A DNA stretch of 27,387 bases from a bacterium (GTDB lineage Bacteria > Patescibacteriota > Microgenomatia > Daviesbacterales > UBA10151): the NCBI GenBank assembly GCA_021786105.1, contig JAJYNW010000009.1:1-27387 (forward strand). Direction: 5' to 3'. This document shows, piece by piece, positions 18,402 to 27,326 of the stretch (positions are counted from its first letter, which is position 1; every line of letters begins with the position of its first letter). A program made the position numbers and the translations under genes. Under the pieces are notes generated by a model. That model had not been told where the DNA came from. It searched no databases and worked only from the letters and a program-made list of their open reading frames with translations.

Positions 18402-18432
18402 TCTAGAGATTCCTCACTTTGTTCGGAATGAC
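18401..18432 (-). repeat. REP-like repeat, right flank of GIY-YIG gene (inverted)
   Basis: Minus strand GTCATTCCGAACAAAGTGAGGAATCTCTAGAT. Confidence 0.75.
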
Positions 18433-18442
18433 AAGTATCTCT

Positions 18443-18748
18443 TTAAGCACTACCTTCTACTTCCTCAAAAACTCCTTTTGTCACAAAAAATCCGTTTTCC
18501 TTTTTTGGGGCATTCTGCAAAGCTTCATCCTGAGATAGACTGGGGGCAGTTTCATCTTCCCGCATGACATTACTTTGTCCGGAAACATTAAAGGTTGGTT
18601 CTACATTGGAGGTATCTACTTGATTTAATTGATCTATATAATCCAAGACCTTGGAGAGTTGTTCAGAATATCTCTCTTCTTCTTCAGTAGTAAGCGGTAA
18701 ATTAGCCAACTTGGCTACATGCTTAACCTGATCCTTAGTAAGTTTCAT
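18443..18748 (-). CDS. gatC: Asp/Glu-tRNA amidotransferase subunit C
   Basis: VKHVAKLANL...L.QVDT.NVEPT...MREDE...AL.NAP. Confidence 0.95.
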   Translation of the reverse strand: MKLTKDQVKHVAKLANLPLTTEEEERYSEQLSKVLDYIDQLNQVDTSNVEPTFNVSGQSNVMREDETAPSLSQDEALQNAPKKENGFFVTKGVFEEVEGSA

Positions 18749-18750
18749 AT

Positions 18751-19290
18751 TTACGGTTTAAGAATAAATGATTCTATATCCTCTCTTTTAAGTAAAGTAG
18801 ATTCCGAGCAATTAGCTACCAAAGCCACACTAACCTTATAAGAAAATCCTACATATTCTACTATTTTACCTTTTTCTTTGGCTTTTTTAATTGCAGGCAG
18901 TAAATCAGTATCAGAAGAAACAATAATAATTCTATCAGCTAAATTTTCATATGCGGCAACCAATATATCAACCGCGATATTTACATCAACACCCTTTTCA
19001 TGAAATTTTCCCTCTGATTTCAAAAGATAACCAAGTGAATATATAACCTTATTCTTTCTCAAGTGAGCTAATAACTTTCGTTGATTGTTAAATAATTTCT
19101 GCGTCTTTTCAGTACCGTCTGTCCTTACCTTACCCACATAGTATGTACAATTTACCACTTCGCAATCTTTAGCTAATTGTTTTGCAAAAGCAGAGAAATT
19201 GAAACTCAATAAATTATGTAGCTTTAAGTCTTTCAACTTGAAGTAGAAATTACTTCCATCAATAAGGACTATACAACGTTTCTTAATCAT
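18751..19290 (-). CDS. NYN domain (LabA/DUF88, PIN-like) nuclease
   Basis: IDGSN, EKGVDV.IAVD, SSDTDL.P. Confidence 0.92.
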   Translation of the reverse strand: MIKKRCIVLIDGSNFYFKLKDLKLHNLLSFNFSAFAKQLAKDCEVVNCTYYVGKVRTDGTEKTQKLFNNQRKLLAHLRKNKVIYSLGYLLKSEGKFHEKGVDVNIAVDILVAAYENLADRIIIVSSDTDLLPAIKKAKEKGKIVEYVGFSYKVSVALVANCSESTLLKREDIESFILKP

Positions 19291-19343
19291 GAATTGATTA
19301 TAACCTAGAAGCTTTAAGATATGAAGTGAGATTCTTTCTCTAT

Positions 19344-19379
19344 AAAAAAATCCTGCGAAGACCTTTCGGTGTCGCAGGA
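19344..19379 (-). terminator. Intrinsic terminator / small hairpin RNA upstream of NYN gene
   Basis: Minus strand TCCTGCGA-c-ACC-GAAA-GGT-ct-TCGCAGGA-TTTTTTT. Confidence 0.75.
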
Positions 19380-19436
19380 GATTTTAGTATTTAAATATTA
19401 CCATAATAGGGTATTATACGCAAGACTCAACTGGAA

Positions 19437-19487
19437 CAAATTAGCCAATTTAGCCACATGTTTAACTTGATCCTTAGTTAGCTTCAT
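19437..19487 (-). pseudogene. Duplicated 5' end of gatC (17 codons)
   Basis: MKLTKDQVKHVAKLANL is identical to gatC residues 1-17; 8 third-position differences in 51 nt; frame ends at 19398. Confidence 0.92.
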
Positions 19488-19542
19488 ATGAATTTGATTA
19501 TACTTTACCTACTGTAAGCTTGACAATGAATAGAAAATACAA

Positions 19543-19579
19543 CCTATAGTTTGACATTTATCCTATATTTCTGTATAAT
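19543..19579 (+). promoter_or_regulatory. Consensus sigma70 promoter with CCTATAGT motif
   Basis: CCTATAGT-TTGACA-N17-TATAAT-N9-ATG. Confidence 0.8.
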
Positions 19580-19588
19580 TTACTTTCT

Positions 19589-20377
19589 ATGTCAGCAAAT
19601 AAACATGAGGTATTAGTAAATCTTCCGGAGGGACAAATTTCGCTATTAATAGATTCCAGGGTAATGGCTCCGTCTCCATATAGTCACTTTTTGGCTGATA
19701 ACCTACCCAATCTTAATGGAGCAGATGTGGCTGATCTGGGCACAGGTTGCGGCATACAAGCAATAGTAGCCTTAAAAAGGGGTGCAAAACGAGTCTTTTT
19801 GCTAGATAGCAATCAAGCTGCTGTAGACAATGCTTTTGAGAATACTGTGCGCAATGGTTTTGCTAATCAAGTAGTCTCACTCGAAGCAGGTGATCAATTG
19901 AATCCTCTAGGCAGAACTAAGGTTGATGCAATAATATGTAATCCCTCATCATTACCAATGCCCCTCCCTGATAAGGAGAGCAGTTTTTATTATGCCGGAC
20001 CAGAAGGAAGATATATGATCCATGAATTACTACTTTATACAAAAATGCACTTAAACGAAGGTGGCCAATTATTGCTGGTGCATACTTCATTGGCTAATTT
20101 GCCAAAAACAATGGAGGAATTAGGCTACCAGGGACTCAAGGCTAAATCCTTAGCTCAAAGGATGATCCCATTGAGAGATTTCTATAATAAACACTGGATA
20201 GATGAGATTGGTGGAAGAGATACGGGCCTTTATAGCCTAGATAAAGGAACCCCTTACGAAACACTTCATTTACTCAAAATAGAACCTGATTTGCTCTATC
20301 GACCACAATCCTCCTGCCTATTTAGAGAAGACTGTGTAATTTATTCACGCGACGGCCGCAGAATGACTGGGCGTTAA
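19589..20377 (+). CDS. HemK/PrmC-related SAM-dependent methyltransferase
   Basis: VADLGTGCG motif I; DAIICNPSSLP (NPPY-like); AGPEGR. Confidence 0.85.
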   Translation: MSANKHEVLVNLPEGQISLLIDSRVMAPSPYSHFLADNLPNLNGADVADLGTGCGIQAIVALKRGAKRVFLLDSNQAAVDNAFENTVRNGFANQVVSLEAGDQLNPLGRTKVDAIICNPSSLPMPLPDKESSFYYAGPEGRYMIHELLLYTKMHLNEGGQLLLVHTSLANLPKTMEELGYQGLKAKSLAQRMIPLRDFYNKHWIDEIGGRDTGLYSLDKGTPYETLHLLKIEPDLLYRPQSSCLFREDCVIYSRDGRRMTGR

Positions 20378-20407
20378 ACCTACATTTATAACCAACTTAA
20401 ACCCTCA

Positions 20408-20471
20408 CTAATTCCTCAAAACTTCTTCTAATTCTTTTAAACTATCCCCATCATGAATTGAAACCGGGATA
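20408..20471 (-). pseudogene. Duplicated 3' end of obgE
   Basis: IPVSIHDGDSLKELEEVLRN* vs ObgE IPVSIHDWDSLEKLRQMLQ; 20442-20471 matches 21188-21217 at 28/30 nt. Confidence 0.88.
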
Positions 20472-20491
20472 CCTTTTCTGCTTTGGCTAGT

Positions 20492-20527
20492 CCCATAGTT
20501 TGCATTCGAGACAAAATTTTGTATAAT
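20492..20527 (+). promoter_or_regulatory. Promoter with CCCATAGT motif
   Basis: CCCATAGT-TTGCAT-N16-TATAAT-N6-ATG. Confidence 0.65.
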
Positions 20528-20533
20528 TAATCT

Positions 20534-21148
20534 ATGCTTTTAGAAAAAGTAACAGGTTTATATCCGTTACCGCGGGAGTTATTCGTTCCATATTTAAAGA
20601 CTGGCATAACACCACCCTTAGATGTAGATAGAATTACTTCCTCATTTGTGGTTGGATCTCAAAGAAAGACACTTCTTAGAACACCTACCACCGGAGATGC
20701 CAGTCTTGTTATTGGTTATGCAAGAGGAAATAAAGTTCACGAAGGAGCCGTTATAAGCTTCCAAATAGAAGACTCTAATTTATCAGTTCTACAAGTTCAA
20801 GGCGCCTTAGACAGAAACTCATACCGTATAATAACAGGTCATAGTTAGATTTTCATCATTTGCCGCTGATCAAATTAGAAGAATCAGTTGTTTTTTATCC
20901 AGGGATAAATCGATTAATAAAGTAATACTCCCTTTACCCTATTTAAAGGAATTGAAGGCGCTGATTCAGAATATGCTTTTGAAAGATATAAAACAATCGC
21001 ATCAATATTAGAACTGGAAGAATCGGCACAGGAAAAAGCTTTTATTGGTAAACCAGAAGATCTGTATAAAAATTGTGGTAATTCTTGCGCTACCTGCCTT
21101 CCTGGATCTTACCTCTCGTCTCCAAAAGAGCTTTCAATTCACCCCTAA
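20534..21148 (+). pseudogene. Hypothetical gene with two apparent frameshifts
   Basis: ORF stops at 20848 but protein-like sequence continues in other frames (IVRFSSFAADQIRRI...; FKGIEGADSEYAFERYKTIA...SIHP* at 21148). Confidence 0.6.
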
Positions 21149-22098
21149 TTATTATCTGCCTGAAGCATCTGCCTAAGCTTTTCCAGGCTATCCCAATCAT
21201 GAATTGAGACCGGGATAATAACTTTTTTAAATTTCTTCAACTCTTTTATTTTTTGTTTTACTTCCTTTTGATCCACCAAATCGGTTTTGGTCAAAACAAT
21301 AATCTCTTCCTTTTTCAAAAGCTCTTTGTTGTATTTCCCCAACTCATTTTTGACTGTCTGATAATCCCTCGAAACATCTCCCGAATCTGCCGGCACTAGA
21401 TGCAAAAACAATTTAACCTTTTCTATATGCTTTAAAAACTTTATCCCCAGCCCCTTGCCTTCAGCCGCCCCCTCTATCAAGCCGGGGATATCAGCCATCA
21501 CTTTTCCTTCCCAGACGCCAAGATTAGGTTCCAAAGTAGTAAAAGGGTAATCGGCAGTTTTGACATTGGCAGAAGTTAATTCATTTAACAAACTACTTTT
21601 ACCGGCATTTGGCAAACCGATCAATCCGTAGTCTGCAATAAATTTTAACTCCGCTTTCAGATGTCTTTCCTGTCCTTCCAATCCTTTTTGAGCAGTTAAA
21701 GGCGTAGTGTTTCTGGGAGACCTCAATTCAAAATTCCCTTTGCCGCCCAACCCCCCTTTACAAATTAAAATTCTTTTATCCAAATCATTAAACTCAAATT
21801 TCTCGCCTGTCTGCAAATCTGTCAGCTCTGTTCCAATCGGCATATAAATTTCCAAATCTTTTCCGTCACTGCCTGTTTTTTGAAAATGCCCCCCCATCTC
21901 TCCATTCTCTGCCTCTTTAATTTTTGTTTTGGAAAATTGGTTCAATGCGCGTAAATCTGAAGTAACACTAATATAGATATTTCCGCCTTTGCCGCCATTT
22001 CCCCCATTTGGGCCTTTCTTTTTGCCAGGATTAAACGAAACTCTGCCTGGTCCCCCATGCCCTGCTTTTAATGTAATCTCCACTTCATCAATTAACAT
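21145..22098 (-). CDS. obgE: GTPase ObgE/CgtA (short, no C-terminal extension)
   Basis: Gly-rich Obg fold, GLPNAGKSS, YPFTTLEP, DIPGLIEGA, TKTD. Confidence 0.96.
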   Translation of the reverse strand: MLIDEVEITLKAGHGGPGRVSFNPGKKKGPNGGNGGKGGNIYISVTSDLRALNQFSKTKIKEAENGEMGGHFQKTGSDGKDLEIYMPIGTELTDLQTGEKFEFNDLDKRILICKGGLGGKGNFELRSPRNTTPLTAQKGLEGQERHLKAELKFIADYGLIGLPNAGKSSLLNELTSANVKTADYPFTTLEPNLGVWEGKVMADIPGLIEGAAEGKGLGIKFLKHIEKVKLFLHLVPADSGDVSRDYQTVKNELGKYNKELLKKEEIIVLTKTDLVDQKEVKQKIKELKKFKKVIIPVSIHDWDSLEKLRQMLQADNN

Positions 22099-22120
22099 AT
22101 TAGGATTATAAACTTTTTGG

Positions 22121-22675
22121 TCAGATAAACCTAGGGACTTTAGATTTATAGTCTAAGTATTTTTTACCAAAATATTTTGTTAAATTTCTCTCCTCTTTTA
22201 ATATGGCTTTATAAAAATAGAAAATTACAAATGGCACCAAAAAAATTGCCCAACTCCTAAGGGCCAAAGTATATCCCAAAATTACTGAAATCAAACCTAT
22301 ATAGATGGGATTGCGGGAAATCGCAAAGGGACCTCTGTCTAAAATTTCATTTTGCCTTTTTATATCATGCTCCCCCGGCAGGCCCCATTTTGTTTTCATC
22401 GCTATCTTGGCCCAGACAGCCAAAAACATCCCTGAGAAAAACAGAATTAGCCCGAAAAAAATCATCAAATTATCTATTCCGGTTTTGGGCCAGGGCAAAA
22501 ATTCCCGGCTTGCCAGGCCAGCCACCAGTAAAAATAATTCCGCCAGGGAAATTGACAGCGATTTTAAGGTGAAATAATGTCTAATTCTTTCTATTAGGGA
22601 TCTGGGGTCAGTCAAAATCCAAATCAGGGGAAGAACCAACAAAGCTATTGTTAATGCTAAAGATAGTTTATCCAA
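22121..22675 (-). CDS. Isoprenylcysteine carboxyl methyltransferase (ICMT/PEMT) family membrane protein
   Basis: TM helices; GPFAISRNPIY; EERNL..YFG..Y.DYK..VPR. Confidence 0.88.
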   Translation of the reverse strand: MDKLSLALTIALLVLPLIWILTDPRSLIERIRHYFTLKSLSISLAELFLLVAGLASREFLPWPKTGIDNLMIFFGLILFFSGMFLAVWAKIAMKTKWGLPGEHDIKRQNEILDRGPFAISRNPIYIGLISVILGYTLALRSWAIFLVPFVIFYFYKAILKEERNLTKYFGKKYLDYKSKVPRFI

Positions 22676-22678
22676 AAA

Positions 22679-23602
22679 TCAAACGTTACCTTCCATTTCA
22701 CGAAGGGCTTTCACACGAACTTCAATTGGGGGATGGGTGTTAAATAAACCAGCCATCCAGCCGGCTGCATCCCGGCCTTTTAAGGGATTCACAATATATA
22801 AATGGGCAGTGCCACGATTAGCCGCTTCCAAAGGTTCCTGATCACCGGAAATTTTTTGCAAAGCATTTATCAACCCTTCTGGATAACGAGTCAGCAGCAC
22901 TCCGGAAGCATCTGCCAACAATTCCCTTCTCCGGGAGACTGCCAGCTGGATTAAAGTGGCGATAATCGGGGCTAAAATTGCTGCCACAATGGCAATGACT
23001 ACAAAAATAGTATTATTATTTTCCCGATCTCTTCTACCGCCAAACCACATCGACCTCATAAAAAAATCCGAGAGTAAAGCGATGGTGCCTACTAAAACTG
23101 ACACCACTGTCATTACTAAAGTATCCCTATTGCCAACGTGCGAAAGCTCGTGTGCCGTTACTCCTTCCAGCTCAGTTTTATTAAGTTTTTGTAAAATCCC
23201 GGAAGTAAAAGCAATGGCAGCATGCTTAGGGTCACGACCGGTGGCAAAAGCATTCGGAGCGCTGTCATCAATAATATAAATTTTGGGGGTAGGCAGACCA
23301 GCGGCTATGCATAAATTTTCTACCAGATGGTAAATTTCTTTATTCTCATCATGTTTTAATTCCTTGGCCCCGGAAATTCCTAAAACAATTTTATCCGACC
23401 AATAATAAGACACAAAATTCATGATTCCGGCCATAATCAGAGCAAATCCGGTTAAACCTAGCCCCCCGACTTGCCCGTAACCAAATCCCCGGGCAATCAC
23501 ATAAATTACTCCCACTGTAAAAACAGAAAAGAAAAACATGATTAACCAAGTCTTAAAAACATTTGAAGAAACCTGATCCCAGGCAGTTCTGATAGTTGCC
23601 AT
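22679..23602 (-). CDS. htpX: M48 zinc metalloprotease HtpX
   Basis: PNAFATG, AHELSH, SRRRE..AD, THPP. Confidence 0.95.
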   Translation of the reverse strand: MATIRTAWDQVSSNVFKTWLIMFFFSVFTVGVIYVIARGFGYGQVGGLGLTGFALIMAGIMNFVSYYWSDKIVLGISGAKELKHDENKEIYHLVENLCIAAGLPTPKIYIIDDSAPNAFATGRDPKHAAIAFTSGILQKLNKTELEGVTAHELSHVGNRDTLVMTVVSVLVGTIALLSDFFMRSMWFGGRRDRENNNTIFVVIAIVAAILAPIIATLIQLAVSRRRELLADASGVLLTRYPEGLINALQKISGDQEPLEAANRGTAHLYIVNPLKGRDAAGWMAGLFNTHPPIEVRVKALREMEGNV

Positions 23603-23635
23603 ATATGCAAATTTTAACAGATCCGGGCCAAAGTG

Positions 23636-24046
23636 TCACACCAACTCTTCTCTTGCTTCAAACCACAACTTTGTTTTATCCCCAGTTTTCCCGTTATAAT
23701 TCATCACAATTTCTTCATCTTTTTTAATATCTTCTACCGCCATGAATCTAATCAGGTTTTCGTCTGCAACTATTATATATTTGGCGTTTGATTTATAAGA
23801 ATGATTGAATAATGATCCGTGACCCAAAACAATAGCAGCTGAATTGTGATCATTCCCCCAGGCAAAAAATGCATAATCAATAAGTCTGGTTTTAGCCAAA
23901 TCAGAAAGTTGTTCTTCAGGAATAACAATAACCGGAGATTCTTCTATCACCTCACCTTTAGATATCTTCTTTTGGGCAAAAACACCCAAACCGGAAATTT
24001 TAGAAGACGCAATATAAATATTTTTGGAAGGGTAAATTATATCCAA
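23636..24046 (-). CDS. SET domain protein-lysine methyltransferase
   Basis: GLGVFA, GSLFNHS..SNA, DIKKDEEI.MNY. Confidence 0.9.
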   Translation of the reverse strand: MDIIYPSKNIYIASSKISGLGVFAQKKISKGEVIEESPVIVIPEEQLSDLAKTRLIDYAFFAWGNDHNSAAIVLGHGSLFNHSYKSNAKYIIVADENLIRFMAVEDIKKDEEIVMNYNGKTGDKTKLWFEAREELV

Positions 24047-24055
24047 GAGGTTAAA

Positions 24056-24607
24056 TTAAAACTGAACTTTAATGTCGGCTTTTTCTTCTTCTGTGGCTTT
24101 AAAGAATTCTTCTTTCTTAAACCCAAACATATTGGCAATAATTGCCGAGGGCATAGTCTCAATAGTGTTATTCAAATCTAAAACATTAGTGTTATAAAAC
24201 TGCCGGGATGCGGCCACTTTAGTTTCAGTATCAGAAATTTCTTCCTGAAGTTCCTTAAAATTTTCCGAAGCACGAAGTTGTGGGTAAGCTTCTGCTACAG
24301 CAAATAAGGACTTTAAAGCTCCTGAAAGCTGATCATTAGCTTTGGCTTTCTCACCCAAGCTCTGAGCACCCATTAAAACTGATCTAGCTTTGGTTACGTT
24401 TTCAAAAACTTCTTTTTCGTGTGTGGCATAACCTTTCACTGTCTCAACTAAATTTGGAATTAAAGAAGACCGTCTTTTGAGCTGAACATCAATTTGCGAC
24501 CAGGCTTCACGGACGCGGTTTCGCAAAGTCACTAAACCATTGTAAGCGGTTAAAACCCACATGGCCAAAATTAAAACTACACCAACAATGATATAAGTAA
24601 CAATCAT
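24056..24607 (-). CDS. lemA: LemA family protein
   Basis: [31 protein letters not shown]. Confidence 0.95.
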   Translation of the reverse strand: MIVTYIIVGVVLILAMWVLTAYNGLVTLRNRVREAWSQIDVQLKRRSSLIPNLVETVKGYATHEKEVFENVTKARSVLMGAQSLGEKAKANDQLSGALKSLFAVAEAYPQLRASENFKELQEEISDTETKVAASRQFYNTNVLDLNNTIETMPSAIIANMFGFKKEEFFKATEEEKADIKVQF

Positions 24608-26349
24608 TACTCCTTAATTTTAAACCTTTTAGCAAAGCTTGTCCAGTCTAAAGTATTAACTATATCCTTTTTTGTTGCCCAACCCCGCCGGGCCACTGCC
24701 ACTCCAAACTTCATGTTACTCATTTGGGAAACTTCATGTGTATCAGTATTAATTATAAATTTCACCCCAAACCTTAATGCTTCCCTCACCAGATCATCCC
24801 TTAAATCCAACCTATTTGGGTAAGCATTAATTTCCAGGATTTTATTATTTTTGGCAGCGACTTCGAAAACTTTTTCCCAATCAGCCTCTGATGACTCCCT
24901 TTCGTTAATCAACCTGTTGGTGGGGTGTGAAATAATATCCACATAAGGGCTTTCTAAGGCTTTTAAGAGTCTCTTGGTAATTTCTTCTTTTGCGCCCCGA
25001 TGTCCAGAGTGAATACCGGCAATACAATAATCAAGCATAGCCAAAGCCTCATCAGGCACGCTCAAAGAACCGTCCCCCAATATATCTATTTCGAGACCAT
25101 TTAGTACTCGAATACCTTTTGTCCTCGATTCTAACTGTTGGATAAATTTTGTCCTCTCTTTTGTCCAGTTTATTGTGTATTCCTTACTGGTGCTGGTAAA
25201 ACCCGGAGGATGATCAGAAACACCAACATATTCATAACCCAGCTCTTTTGCTCTTTTAACTATCTCCTCTATTGGATTAACACCCGGACCGTGCGACGGA
25301 CTTTCTATACGATAGCTGGAATGAAGATGAATATCGCCTTTAATATCACGAAGATTAACCAAATCAGGCAATTGATGTTTTAAAGCAGCTTCAATTTCTC
25401 CGGTATCTTCTCTTAATTCCGGCGGCGGAATCTGCATTCCTAACATATGATATAACTCTTCCTCTGTCTCTGTTTTGATTAATTCTTCACTCCGAACTTT
25501 TTTGACTCCGTATTCACTCAATGAATAACCCTGTTCATTGGCTACTATCCTAAGATGAATATTGTGACTCTTAGAGCCGGTAAAATGCTGCAAAAGCGCC
25601 CCGTAACTCTCCGGCTCACCTGCCAATATGTCAGCCTGCACCCCGTTTTGCAGCATTACAGTAGCCTTATTCTCTCCTTTATCCACAATGCGGACAACCC
25701 CGGGCATTTGACAGAAATATTCCACTACACTTTTACTCTTTCTGGTACTGGTGGAAAAATCCAAATCCCCCACAGTTGCCGCCATTCTCCGCAAAGACCC
25801 CAATGGATGCGCCTGTATCACATCGGGACTTTTTTTAAGGTAGCTTAAAACCTTATCAGCCTGTGCTGCCGCATAAGGCAGAAGCATTCTGTGACCCTGC
25901 TGATCCAGGCTCTGTAAACCCAGCATCACTTTTTGAGCAATTTTAGGAGAAAAACCTTTACTAACCAATTCACCTGTTTTGATCTTCTTCCGCAAATCCG
26001 CCAGATCTGTCACTCCCATCCTGGCAATATCCTGGGCAGTTTTCGGACCAACACCGGGGATATCCAAAAGATCAAAAACCACTGGCGGAATACCTTTTTG
26101 CACACTTTTGAAGTGTTTAACTTTACCCGTAGATAATAGTTCATTCAGATGCTCCTGAAGCTTTGCTCCAATATTAGGTACCTCAGATAGCTTACCTTCC
26201 TGCCAAAGATCACCAATCTCAGCAGTTAAACCTTCAATGGTGCTGGCAGCATTTTCATAAGCCCGGATTTGAAAAATATTGCCGATTTTTTTGATGGTAT
26301 AAGCAGCAGCTACATTACGGAGAATTTTGGCAATTTTAGCATTGGACAT
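24607..26349 (-). CDS. polX: DNA polymerase X / PHP 3'-5' exonuclease
   Basis: GSLRR...GDLD, HFTGSK.HN, PPELRE, PHP motifs (HLHS, SDH, HP, DTH); ATG 26349 (GTG 26355 alternative). Confidence 0.95.
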   Translation of the reverse strand: MSNAKIAKILRNVAAAYTIKKIGNIFQIRAYENAASTIEGLTAEIGDLWQEGKLSEVPNIGAKLQEHLNELLSTGKVKHFKSVQKGIPPVVFDLLDIPGVGPKTAQDIARMGVTDLADLRKKIKTGELVSKGFSPKIAQKVMLGLQSLDQQGHRMLLPYAAAQADKVLSYLKKSPDVIQAHPLGSLRRMAATVGDLDFSTSTRKSKSVVEYFCQMPGVVRIVDKGENKATVMLQNGVQADILAGEPESYGALLQHFTGSKSHNIHLRIVANEQGYSLSEYGVKKVRSEELIKTETEEELYHMLGMQIPPPELREDTGEIEAALKHQLPDLVNLRDIKGDIHLHSSYRIESPSHGPGVNPIEEIVKRAKELGYEYVGVSDHPPGFTSTSKEYTINWTKERTKFIQQLESRTKGIRVLNGLEIDILGDGSLSVPDEALAMLDYCIAGIHSGHRGAKEEITKRLLKALESPYVDIISHPTNRLINERESSEADWEKVFEVAAKNNKILEINAYPNRLDLRDDLVREALRFGVKFIINTDTHEVSQMSNMKFGVAVARRGWATKKDIVNTLDWTSFAKRFKIKE

Positions 26350-26390
26350 TTCCACAAAAGTAGTATATCACTTGGCAGGAATATATTATT

Positions 26391-26466
26391 TGGCGGGGCC
26401 GACGGGAATCGAACCCGCTATCTTCTCCGTGACAGGGAGACGTGATGACCGGTTCACTACGGCCCC
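26391..26466 (-). tRNA. tRNA-Asp (GTC), CCA encoded
   Basis: GGGGCCGTAGTGAACCGGTCATCACGTCTCCCTGTCACGGAGAAGATAGCGGGTTCGATTCCCGTCGGCCCCGCCA. Confidence 0.97.
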
Positions 26467-26522
26467 AAACGTGAGTATTGTACCAGAATGGTTCCCTTTT
26501 TGACAATTTAATACTGAAATCC

Positions 26523-27209
26523 TTATTTTTTATTTTTTGCAGCTAAAACAAATGCCTGATTCTCTTTTTCTGATAACTTGCCCCCTCCAACATCAAAAAA
26601 TTTTATCTCTGAAAAATTGAGCCTTTCCAAACTTTCTTGCAATTCTTTCAAGCTATAAAACCTTAATCCCCAGGGGTGATTTTTCGGAGGTTCTTCTGGT
26701 TTTTGTTTCCAATAAATAGGAATCTGAAACAATAATTTTCCTTCTTTTTTTAACACTGAGTTAATTTCCTGTAAATATTTTAAAAAAAATTCCCTTGGTA
26801 AATGCTGAAAAACCAGAATTGAAAAAACCAAATCAAATTTTTGATTTTTTACCGCTTCTAAATCTTTACCATTAGTCACCAAAAACTTCACATTCTCCCC
26901 TTTAACATGTCTTTTAGCCAGCTTAACCATAGAAGGAGAAATATCAATTCCCGTGCATTGCCCAACTTTTTCTGCCAAGGCATATTCCAGTCTGCCTACC
27001 CCGCAACCAATATCTAAAACCCGGGTCTTTTTATCAATTACCTGCAATTTTTCCAAAAGTTTTACTAAATCTTTACTTTGTTTGTAAAAAAGTTCCGGAT
27101 TATTAACTTCCTCAATAGCTGCCTCCCAAGGATGTATTAAACCCGCCAGATACCAATAGAGTTTTTGCGGTAAAAAAGACGAGAGAAGAAAATTAACTTT
27201 TTTTAGCAT
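26523..27209 (-). CDS. Class I SAM-dependent methyltransferase
   Basis: VLDIGCGVGR, GIDIS, FDLVFS..VFQH, LKKEG; ATG at 27209 lies 7 nt after TAAAAT, preferred over GTG 27275. Confidence 0.9.
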   Translation of the reverse strand: MLKKVNFLLSSFLPQKLYWYLAGLIHPWEAAIEEVNNPELFYKQSKDLVKLLEKLQVIDKKTRVLDIGCGVGRLEYALAEKVGQCTGIDISPSMVKLAKRHVKGENVKFLVTNGKDLEAVKNQKFDLVFSILVFQHLPREFFLKYLQEINSVLKKEGKLLFQIPIYWKQKPEEPPKNHPWGLRFYSLKELQESLERLNFSEIKFFDVGGGKLSEKENQAFVLAAKNKK

Positions 27210-27326
27210 TAGAGAAATTTTAACATAAGCAAGATTTATATTATCAGTATCTAACCTGACCTGACCCACCTGCACTTATTCCAGGAAATTAACTAATTTG
27301 CATTTAAGGGGTAGCTTATGGGCAAA

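Noticed and set aside
871-26136. Numerous short ORFs overlapping larger genes (e.g. 871-1071, 9161-9409, 13341-13793, 22956-23279, 25555-25848)
   Set aside because: Shadow frames within well-supported genes, with no recognisable motifs.
26360-26400. Integration scar at tRNA-Asp
   Set aside because: No duplicate of its 3' end was noticed in the window; polX follows directly.
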